A stretch of DNA of 50,872 nt from a virus (taxonomy: Duplodnaviria; Caudoviricetes), in IMG/VR virus record IMGVR_UViG_3300034072_001527, positions 1-50,872 of that record; one strand, given 5' to 3'. Below the pieces are notes generated by a model. The model searched no databases and had not been told where the DNA came from. It saw only the letters and a program-made list of their open reading frames with translations. Every line of letters begins with the position of its first letter. Within the stretch, counting starts at the first letter, position 1. Positions 38,769-46,126 of the stretch are shown here, in pieces. Position numbers and translations under genes: made by a program.

Positions 38769-40074
38769 CTTCCGCATCCCCTTCCTTGTCACCCGCCGCA
38801 ACAAGGACGGCAGCGCCAACTACTACTGGCAGCCCAGCAAGACGCTCGCCGACGCCGGTTGGCACGCCCGCCCGCTCGGCCGCGATGAAGCCGCCGCGAT
38901 CGACGCCGCGCGCGAGATCAACCGCCAGGTGGAACGCTGGCGCGAAGGCGAGGCCCTGCCGAAGATCCGCAGCCGGCCGCAGGACGGCACGCTCGCCGGC
39001 GCGATCGCCGATTACACCCGCACCGTGATCGAGGGCACCCGCGCCAACGGCACCCCGCGCGTCGGTGACAACACCGCGCGCACCTATCGCACCGGCCTCA
39101 AGCGGCTCGAGACATGGGGCGGCAAGTTTCCGCTCGCTTACATCACCCGCCAGCGCGTCCGCGCTCTGCGCGACGGCATGATGAAATCGGGCGTCGGCGA
39201 ACACGCGATCCACAACACGCTCAAGATGGGCCGCCAGCTGTTCGCATGGCTGATCGACGAAGGGCGATGGGAGCAGGGCAAGAACCCCTTCGAGGCGTTC
39301 GGCATGGCCGCCCCGGATCCGCGCCAGACGATATGGAGCCCGCCCGCGCGCGAGCTGATCGTCGCCACCGCCGACCGGCTCGGTTTCCCCTCGATCGCGC
39401 TCGCCGTCATGCTCGGCTATGCGATCGGCCAGCGCGAGGCTGATATCCTCGAGACGACGATCCCCCAGTGGGTCGCCCTGCCCGAACACAAGATGCAGCC
39501 CGAGGACCACGCCGTGCTCGCCGCCGCCGCGCCCGATGGCGTGCCGCGCGGGATCCGCATCCGCCAGATCAAGACCGGCGCCTGGATCGAGGTTCCCGTG
39601 GTGGGCGAGGTCCGCCGCCGGGTCGAAGCCAACATCGCCCGCGCACGCGCCGCCGGCCGCTTCGAGCTGATCCTTGATGACACCCGCGTGATCACCGATC
39701 GCCGGATGGAGAAGGGGACACAAGGAACGCTGGCGGCATACGAAGGCAAGCACGGCGCCACCCGCTTCCAGCGCGACTTCGCCGAGATCCGCGAAGCCGC
39801 CGCCGCGTCGGCCGCCGCCAATGGCGATGAGGCGCTCGCGGCCGAGATCCGCGCGCTGCAATTCCGCGACCTGCGCCGCACCTGCGTGGTGTACCTGGGC
39901 GAGCTCGGCCTCGAGGATCACCTGATCGCCGCGATAACCGGCCACGATATCGACGAGACGCGCCGGATCCTCAAGGTGTACATGCCCCGCACCACCGGCC
40001 GCGCCGCCCGCGCGATCGCACTGGTGACCGCGAGGGAAGCGAAGGAAGCCGGGAAGAAGGAGAGTAACCGATGA
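38761..40074 (+). CDS. int: Prophage tyrosine integrase
   Basis: GQREADIL (Arg I), FRDLRRT, ITGH and VY catalytic motifs; next to the att repeat. Confidence 0.92.
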   Translation: MASFRIPFLVTRRNKDGSANYYWQPSKTLADAGWHARPLGRDEAAAIDAAREINRQVERWREGEALPKIRSRPQDGTLAGAIADYTRTVIEGTRANGTPRVGDNTARTYRTGLKRLETWGGKFPLAYITRQRVRALRDGMMKSGVGEHAIHNTLKMGRQLFAWLIDEGRWEQGKNPFEAFGMAAPDPRQTIWSPPARELIVATADRLGFPSIALAVMLGYAIGQREADILETTIPQWVALPEHKMQPEDHAVLAAAAPDGVPRGIRIRQIKTGAWIEVPVVGEVRRRVEANIARARAAGRFELILDDTRVITDRRMEKGTQGTLAAYEGKHGATRFQRDFAEIREAAAASAAANGDEALAAEIRALQFRDLRRTCVVYLGELGLEDHLIAAITGHDIDETRRILKVYMPRTTGRAARAIALVTAREAKEAGKKESNR

Positions 40075-40277
40075 TCACCTACGGCACGATGGATGCAAAG
40101 CCCGGCGACCAATGCAGCAACTCGCCATGGATAGACTATTTCACCACGCCTTGCTGCTACCAGGACGTGGAGGATGGCACTACCGAATGCCCCAGTTGCG
40201 GCGCCCCGATCGAATGCCGTTATGAACAGCAGCCGGTCGCGATCTGCACCATTCGAGATCCCGAGGATGACGACTGA
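40071..40277 (+). CDS. Small Cys-rich acidic protein (zinc-ribbon-like)
   Basis: TPCC...CPSCG; AAGGAG RBS; coupled to the integrase stop. Confidence 0.55.
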   Translation: MITYGTMDAKPGDQCSNSPWIDYFTTPCCYQDVEDGTTECPSCGAPIECRYEQQPVAICTIRDPEDDD

Positions 40278-40356
40278 TCCTTCCAACAAGACCGCCTGAA
40301 ATCCTTCCAATTCACCACAATTCGCGGCAAATTCTCTAGGAAAATCAGTAACCGCC

Positions 40357-40398
40357 AAGCTTGGGAAGCTTCTGCTCTACCATTGAGCTACACCCGCA
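40357..40398. repeat. att core copy 2 (tRNA-Gly 5' fragment)
   Basis: Identical to 57..98. Confidence 0.95.
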
Positions 40399-40444
40399 TT
40401 TCAATAGCTTAGGCCATCGAAACCCCGGCAGTTTACAATGCGGT

Positions 40445-41569
40445 TTACACATCGCCCCGGAGCCGCCGGGTCAAATCACTCACAATGGCCCTGTCGTCAA
40501 CATACTTTTTCCGGATTTGATCGACGTGCTGGGGAGACCAGCCCATCCGTTCGGCGACCTCATTGTTGGTGAGATTTGCATTGGCGTGCGCGATGATGCG
40601 AGTTGCAAACGTCCCGCGAAGATCGTGCAGTCGCTTCTGGATGCGCCTTTCCTCACCAGTGATCGGATCACGTTCAGTGTGCCAGATGCCCGCCCCATTA
40701 TTGGCTCGCTTGCGTGCATCATGAAAGCTGGAATTCAAGCCATCGCCCGTCCAAGATTTTCCAAGGCTATTCACGAGCACAGTCTCCACGTTTGGCCTCC
40801 TTGGCCTCTCACGAAGGGCATCAAGCAGTTGATCGAGTTCCTGAAGCCTAGGGAGAGAGACAGTAAATCGCTTGCCCCGTGAACGCTTTGCGGCGGTCCT
40901 ACGAATACCAACATCACCGACCTCATCCCAACGCAAGGCTACCAAATCTGCGCGCCGCAAACCTGTAAGGACGGCGAGGTCGATGGCATCGCGAAGCGGC
41001 TGATCTGCAACCGCCTTAATGGCCTCCAAATCTTCAGGCAGCCAAATGACCGCCGCGCGACCCTCGGGGCGGTCGATAGTCGGGATGCCAATAGCTGGAT
41101 TGTGGATCATATGCCCTTCGAGCACAGCCCACTGGAAGAACTTCCTTAGCACCATGATCGCGATGTCCGCCGTGCGTGCGGTGTCCGACATGCTGTTGCG
41201 CCAAGCGACAATCTTGGGCCTCATTCTGAGATCATCTAGGGCCTTTAGCGGGGCCTTCCCCCACTTCTTCTCGATCCGGTCTAGAGACGCACCCCACACC
41301 TTTTGCGTGCTGACTGCTAGGCTTTTCCATTCGTTGGATGCTCGAAAGGCGGTCAGCGCCTTTCCGACGGTATCCGTGGGATCATTCACTTCCTCAGCCC
41401 GCGCGGCAGTGATCCTCGCCCAGTCGTCCGCAGTCACCCTCGGCTTTTTTCCGCCTTCCGACTTACGGACAAGCGGCCCCCCACGCCAAGCGTAGATATA
41501 CCAAGCAGGGCCACTCTTGAGGCGCTTGGGAACGATGTGAGGCCCGCCCTTCAAAGACGGTCCTTCCAC
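40445..41569 (-). CDS. int: Island tyrosine integrase
   Basis: TGLRRADL, HDLRGT, MGW and KKYV motifs; N-terminal WYIYAWRGGP. Confidence 0.93.
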   Translation of the reverse strand: MEGPSLKGGPHIVPKRLKSGPAWYIYAWRGGPLVRKSEGGKKPRVTADDWARITAARAEEVNDPTDTVGKALTAFRASNEWKSLAVSTQKVWGASLDRIEKKWGKAPLKALDDLRMRPKIVAWRNSMSDTARTADIAIMVLRKFFQWAVLEGHMIHNPAIGIPTIDRPEGRAAVIWLPEDLEAIKAVADQPLRDAIDLAVLTGLRRADLVALRWDEVGDVGIRRTAAKRSRGKRFTVSLPRLQELDQLLDALRERPRRPNVETVLVNSLGKSWTGDGLNSSFHDARKRANNGAGIWHTERDPITGEERRIQKRLHDLRGTFATRIIAHANANLTNNEVAERMGWSPQHVDQIRKKYVDDRAIVSDLTRRLRGDV

Positions 41570-41775
41570 TCGTCGAAGGCGCTCCCATCGGCCTCGACGG
41601 CCATTGTTGGCGTGAGGACTTTCAGCCCGCCATCGGGGGTGAAGCAGACCGCTCCGATCTCAATGCCACTACTTTTGACCGACCCGAGCAACCGCTTGAT
41701 CTCAGGTCTGGTCAGCTTCGTGGACGAACGCTTCCGGCGGGGTCGGGGCAATGGATTTATCGGACGAATTGGCAT
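41551..41775 (-). CDS. Small protein overlapping the integrase start (possible directionality factor)
   Basis: MPIRPINP...AFDEWKDRL; AAAGGAG RBS. Confidence 0.6.
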   Translation of the reverse strand: MPIRPINPLPRPRRKRSSTKLTRPEIKRLLGSVKSSGIEIGAVCFTPDGGLKVLTPTMAVEADGSAFDEWKDRL

Positions 41776-41834
41776 AAAACTGCTCCTTTCGCCCGAATTT
41801 AGCAGCCCCGCGGAAGAATTAAAGCGCTGATTTA

Positions 41835-41863
41835 TTGACATAAAAAGTCGGTGTTCTTAAATT
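41835..41863 (+). promoter_or_regulatory. Sigma70-type promoter for the RT gene
   Basis: TTGACA-17 bp-TAAATT. Confidence 0.75.
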
Positions 41864-41916
41864 GCAACAGTTGCCCGGATTGATGCTAGTAATCACCCAG
41901 CCTCACTCACTGTTCG

Positions 41917-43368
41917 ATGCCTGCAAAGGGGGTTGTTGAGTTGCCAATTGTTCCCGCCTCTCGCGCTTCGCACCGCGTTGCTAGGGAACTCCCGCCATAT
42001 CAGCGGTTTCAGCGTGATTTCCCGGACTTTACGGACAAGATGAATGGCCTGCGGAAAGCGTTCACGCGGGATTGCGAGCGACTGGGCGGGTTGGACCAGC
42101 GGTCACAGCGCGGTGCCATCCGGCAATTGCTGCGCAATCGACAATTCTTTCCGCTCTTCGCCTTCGACGCGCTGAAGCGGTGCGACGAGTTTGCGCACGC
42201 AAACCCCGCCGTGGTTGAGGCGCTCGCCGACCAGTTCGACCCGTTTAATCCTATCGAGGACGAGCTTGCCATAATTCGCAATGTCGCTGCCCGTGCGAGC
42301 AGAACGCGGCATGTGATGGATTTTGGACCCAAGCGGAGGATGCATCAGCAAACCATTGCCCGCATCGTCCGCCACACCCATTCCCCCTTGGACAATCAAA
42401 AGTTGTTCCATGGCGGGATGCCGACGGCGCTTAGCGCCATCGAAGCTGCCATCTCGGCTGGAGCAACGCACGCCATGGAAGTGGACTTCGTCAACTTCTA
42501 CGGCAGTGTCCGCTTTGACGGGTTGGTCGAAGTCATGCGGCCACTACCGGCATCGGTCACGTCGCATGTCATCTGGGACGAAACGTGGCGCAACGGCGAA
42601 TTGCTCGTTAACGCGGCACCATCGTCGCACCATGCTACCCCCGAGATACCGAAGGGTCTTCCACTGGGGTCCTCAACATCTCCAATCGTTGGTGAAGTGC
42701 TGATTGCTCGATTGCTGGAGGCCGCGCAGCTTCCCGACATCGTCACCTATGCCGACAATCTGTGCGTCCTAGGGCGTTCAGAGGAAGAGGTGCTTGAGCG
42801 GTTCCACACGCTCCAGACGGTTCTCAGGAACCTGCCTTTCGCTTGTATCTCGGGGCTTAGCATGGCCTCAAATGAAATTCGGAATGTGATCGAACGGGAA
42901 AAACCCAGCAAGTTCGGGATCGAGTTCGCGAACCACGAGAGCATCGTTGCGCAATGTGCGGAGGGCGTAGCCTCGATTGGTGGCTGGCGACCATCGGCGG
43001 CGAAGCTTCAGGATTTTCAGATCAGCGCGTCGGACCGTGTCTCTGTCTCGCAATTGAACCGAGCAATCCGGCAAGTGCGTAACCGAGCCAGATATTACCC
43101 AAGTTGGCCTGAAGGCGAGAAGATGGAGGCCGAGTTTGTTGCCGGACTGCTTTGCAGAAAGTTCAGGCTACAGCCCTCGCAAGCCAACCTGCGAGATGCT
43201 GTCAACGCAGTTGTGACGGCGGCTATCGCGTGGGAAGGTGAGCGACCCTTTCACGATTTCCTCGATGACCAGAACGAACCACTCGAAGCCGCAATCGAGC
43301 GCAAGCTAGAGGCAATGGCACGCATCGCTGCAACTCCACGGAGAGGATCGAGGGTTTGCCTCGACTAG
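41917..43368 (+). CDS. Divergent reverse transcriptase-family protein (YADN)
   Basis: Ordered RT motifs RTRHVMDFGPKRRMHQ, MEVDFVNFYGSV, GLPLGSSTSPIV, YADNLCVLG and IEF; start uncertain (41917 or 42040). Confidence 0.88.
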   Translation: MPAKGVVELPIVPASRASHRVARELPPYQRFQRDFPDFTDKMNGLRKAFTRDCERLGGLDQRSQRGAIRQLLRNRQFFPLFAFDALKRCDEFAHANPAVVEALADQFDPFNPIEDELAIIRNVAARASRTRHVMDFGPKRRMHQQTIARIVRHTHSPLDNQKLFHGGMPTALSAIEAAISAGATHAMEVDFVNFYGSVRFDGLVEVMRPLPASVTSHVIWDETWRNGELLVNAAPSSHHATPEIPKGLPLGSSTSPIVGEVLIARLLEAAQLPDIVTYADNLCVLGRSEEEVLERFHTLQTVLRNLPFACISGLSMASNEIRNVIEREKPSKFGIEFANHESIVAQCAEGVASIGGWRPSAAKLQDFQISASDRVSVSQLNRAIRQVRNRARYYPSWPEGEKMEAEFVAGLLCRKFRLQPSQANLRDAVNAVVTAAIAWEGERPFHDFLDDQNEPLEAAIERKLEAMARIAATPRRGSRVCLD

Positions 43369-43450
43369 CTACGCGCCGATCCCCTGCCCCCTTGCAACCC
43401 GTTGCAACTGCGACGCACAAACAGGAGGGCACGAGGTCGATCAGCGTGCG

Positions 43451-44218
43451 CTACGGCACGTAAGCCTCATCGCGGTCGGCCCTGACGCAAACCTGTTTCC
43501 AGACATTGTCGATGCTGTCACCGGCTGCAAAATCTGAGGCGAGGAAGGCGAAGTCAGGAACGTCTCCTGCTGCGATGAACCGCTGGAACCCAGAATAACC
43601 GCCGAAGCCGTTCTTGGAGTTCACCTCCCCGCAAACCACGGGTGCAGAGCCGCCAGAATAGAAGCGCGAGTTGCGGAAATCGGCGCTGCCCGGATCGCGA
43701 AGGCGAGCCTTGATCGCGTCGTGCGATCTGACGATCCACAATTGCTGCTTACCAACATCAGCGAACGGGCTTTCGTCGCTCTTGGCGACTGCCTCGGGTT
43801 CCGACTGCGCAGACGGCTTCGCCTCGGGTTTGGGTGCGGCTTGGGCCTTGGTTGCCTTCTTGCCCGCATCCGCGATCTTTTCGGCGTCAGCATCCTTCGT
43901 CTTGAACTTTGTCGGGTCAGCCGTTGCGCCGATCATGACCATGGAAATGATGGACGCAACTGCGAACTGCCACCGAGAAATCCGCTCGGTGTATGGCTTG
44001 ATAGCGCCAAGCGCGACAGCACAGAACACCAGCACAAAAACCTCATTCAAACCAAGCTGGCTTTTGTCTGAAGCCGTAGCCCCGCAGGCCAATCCGGAAA
44101 GGAACGCAATGACAGCGAACTGCCAGCGATTTAGGTGGCTGGTGTATGGTTTGATCACGCCAAGCGTCGCAGCCAGAAACGCGATGAGAAAGAACCCAGA
44201 AACCACCTGCATAGCCAT
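43451..44218 (-). CDS. Membrane protein with duplicated TM hairpin and a soluble C-terminal domain
   Basis: LGVIKPYTSHLNRWQFAV / LGAIKPYTERISRWQFAV; C-terminal LRDPGSADF...CGEVNSKNGFGGYSG. Confidence 0.8.
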   Translation of the reverse strand: MAMQVVSGFFLIAFLAATLGVIKPYTSHLNRWQFAVIAFLSGLACGATASDKSQLGLNEVFVLVFCAVALGAIKPYTERISRWQFAVASIISMVMIGATADPTKFKTKDADAEKIADAGKKATKAQAAPKPEAKPSAQSEPEAVAKSDESPFADVGKQQLWIVRSHDAIKARLRDPGSADFRNSRFYSGGSAPVVCGEVNSKNGFGGYSGFQRFIAAGDVPDFAFLASDFAAGDSIDNVWKQVCVRADRDEAYVP

Positions 44219-44236
44219 CCCCTTGATACGATTAGC

Positions 44237-44292
44237 AGACTATCGTCTACCAAGCACCAAAGGTGCTGCAAGTGCTTTGTAGCCTATCGTCT
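44237..44292. promoter_or_regulatory. Probable XRE operators AGACTATCGTCT / AGCCTATCGTCT
   Basis: Near-palindromic 12-mers at 44237 and 44281 between divergent genes; AGCACC-AAA-GGTGCT at 44253..44267. Confidence 0.5.
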
Positions 44293-44329
44293 GGTGACTG
44301 GAATTTGAGGCTGTGGTCCATCGTGCTTG

Positions 44330-44551
44330 ATGGGCCTGCGCGATAACCTTGCCGCAAATCTTCTTCGCCTGCGCCGCGAACGTGATCTGCCGCAGGATCA
44401 ATTCGCCGCTGAGATCGGCATCCACCGCACTTACCTGAACCACATCGAGAACCGGAAGCGCGCACCGACGATTGACGTTATCGAGAAGATCATGGCGGCG
44501 CTCGACGTCAGCGTGGTCGATCTGCTCGGCGATCCGCCAAGGGATCGTTAG
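44330..44551 (+). CDS. XRE HTH regulator (controller-protein-like)
   Basis: LRRERDLPQDQFAAEIGIHRTYLNHIENRKRAPTIDVIEKI. Confidence 0.88.
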   Translation: MGLRDNLAANLLRLRRERDLPQDQFAAEIGIHRTYLNHIENRKRAPTIDVIEKIMAALDVSVVDLLGDPPRDR

Positions 44552-44562
44552 GCACTCGCGGC

Positions 44563-45024
44563 TCAACCCATTAAGTGGCGCAACGCCGCGAACACATCTG
44601 GCTGCTTCGCAGCCTCCAGCATCTCAGACCGCGACAACTCCCGCGTAAGCAAGGAATGAACCCAGTCGGCGGCTGGCATCGCAGACAGGAACTGTTCCCA
44701 CCCGACGGGATCGCCGAAGCGGCGATGAACCTTGAAATGGCACGAGCGGCAGATCGGTCGTGCCGCCAGCGGGCGAGCGTATATTTCGCCGTGCCTCATG
44801 CTCCCGGCTGGTTGACCGCACACGTCGCAGGGCGCGGTCCGCGCAATCAGGCCCAGATTGCGGGCGACGGCTACCTTCTGCCAGCCGACAATTCTTTCGG
44901 CACCCGTTGCACCGTTGTAGGATCGCGGGGTGGGCCAGCCCCATCTCGGCAAGAAAGCGCCCTGAGCGATGGCAGCATCGACCGCCCGCTCGATGACAAT
45001 GTCGGCAGGCAGGTCAGGCATCAT
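44563..45024 (-). CDS. Zinc-finger/HNH-like protein
   Basis: CDVC...HGEIY...PICRSCHFKVH. Confidence 0.6.
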   Translation of the reverse strand: MMPDLPADIVIERAVDAAIAQGAFLPRWGWPTPRSYNGATGAERIVGWQKVAVARNLGLIARTAPCDVCGQPAGSMRHGEIYARPLAARPICRSCHFKVHRRFGDPVGWEQFLSAMPAADWVHSLLTRELSRSEMLEAAKQPDVFAALRHLMG

Positions 45025-45211
45025 GGCCTCCGCACATCGCTTCAATCTCGGCGCACAGGCGCTGGCCGCGCGTCAAGCCTTGTCGCACCTGCCGAGATAG
45101 GCAGTGGCAATACTCGGGCGGCTGATCGGCGCGCTGGCCCTCGACTGTGATCCCGTGGAGGTCTTCGAGCAGCATCGTGAGGCGTGCGAACAGTTCGGCT
45201 GGTTCGGTCAC
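45014..45211 (-). CDS. 65-aa hypothetical protein
   Basis: GTGA overlap with the resolvase stop; GGAGG RBS. Confidence 0.55.
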   Translation of the reverse strand: MTEPAELFARLTMLLEDLHGITVEGQRADQPPEYCHCLSRQVRQGLTRGQRLCAEIEAMCGGHDA

Positions 45212-45771
45212 GCCCGATCCTCCTTCAAGAGCCGGTATACGGACGCTCGGCTGCAATTGAGCCTAGCGGCGATCTCTGGGGGAGTAAGGCCCTGCCCCGC
45301 CAAGTCGCGCATCATGGGCAATTGTCGGCGGGCTGTAGGCACCCTGCCCTGGTATTTGCCTTCGCGCTTGGCGCGCTCGATCCCTTCGCGCTGCCGGACC
45401 AGCATCAGTTCTCGCTCGAACTGGGCGAGCGCGCCAAACATGGTCAGGACAAGTTTGCCCGTGGGCGACTGGGTGTCCATCTCTGTGCCGCCGAAGTCGA
45501 GCACCCGAAGGCCGACCTTCTTGGCTTCAAGCTGTGCGATGATCTGGAGCAGATCGGACGTTGACCGGGCGAGGCGATCAAGCCGGACAATGACGAACAC
45601 GTCGCCCTCGCGGGCAAAATCGAGAGCGGTGTTGAGTTGCTCCCGCTCAGCGACCGACGACACCTGCTCGAAAAAGACCTTGCTACAACCCATCGAACGG
45701 AGTTGGTCGATTTGCCCCTCCAGTCCAGCCTTCTGGTCGAAGGTCGAGGTCCTCGCATACCCTACTAGCAC
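45208..45771 (-). CDS. Serine recombinase (resolvase/invertase)
   Basis: VGYARTST, RLDRLARS, FERELMLVRQREG and a C-terminal HTH (SRASVYR). Confidence 0.95.
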   Translation of the reverse strand: MLVGYARTSTFDQKAGLEGQIDQLRSMGCSKVFFEQVSSVAEREQLNTALDFAREGDVFVIVRLDRLARSTSDLLQIIAQLEAKKVGLRVLDFGGTEMDTQSPTGKLVLTMFGALAQFERELMLVRQREGIERAKREGKYQGRVPTARRQLPMMRDLAGQGLTPPEIAARLNCSRASVYRLLKEDRA

Positions 45772-45781
45772 GTCACTTTCC

Positions 45782-45939
45782 TCTGATTTTCTTCATGAAA
45801 TCAGACTAGGGGAGTGTGCAGGTAGGGCTAGGGCTAAGTGGCATTTCGGCGAGAAGATCGCGCCCCTGAGGGTTCCCCCTCGGACCGCCCCCCCTCAGTA
45901 ATCAGACGAAATCAGACGGAATTGAGGTCTAGGCCTCAG
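45782..45939. promoter_or_regulatory. Probable res site
   Basis: TCTGATTT-N8-AAATCAGA inverted repeat at 45782..45805; tandem AATCAGACG at about 45900..45919; directly upstream of the resolvase. Confidence 0.55.
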
Positions 45940-46126
45940 CTAGAATACGTCCAAAAGCCTGAACCTGACCCTTGTGCGACCCGATAGCCATTGCGGGGAC
46001 CGTCCAACATGGGGAAGGCTGTGCGAGATCGGCCTTCATCCCTTTGCCACGCATATGCGCCACCAGTCCCCACTGCCCCAGCCATTCAATCTAGCCATAG
46101 CGAGAACATCGGGTATGAATGAGCTT

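Larger units (their letters stand above)
57..40398. mobile_element. Temperate podovirus-type prophage (T7/BPP-1-like virion module), ~40.3 kb
   Basis: Bounded by 42-bp direct repeats; contains integrase, CI/Cro, primase/helicase, terminase, portal, capsid, tail tubular A/B, internal virion proteins and a lysis cassette; no tape-measure or sheath gene seen. Confidence 0.93.

Noticed and set aside
40357-40398. Additional tRNA genes here and at 50746..50786
   Set aside because: Only the 5' half is present; there is no T-arm or acceptor 3' strand.
41917-43368. RT as part of a diversity-generating retroelement targeting the prophage tail fibre
   Set aside because: It lies in a separate att-bounded element. 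I saw no Avd-like gene, no TR/VR repeat differing at adenines and no SQ motif. A self-alignment of the window would be the decisive test.
41864-43450. RT as a retron or group II intron
   Set aside because: Only about 50 nt lie between promoter and first ATG, retron VTG/NAxxH motifs are absent, and no intron domain V/VI-like sequence follows the stop.
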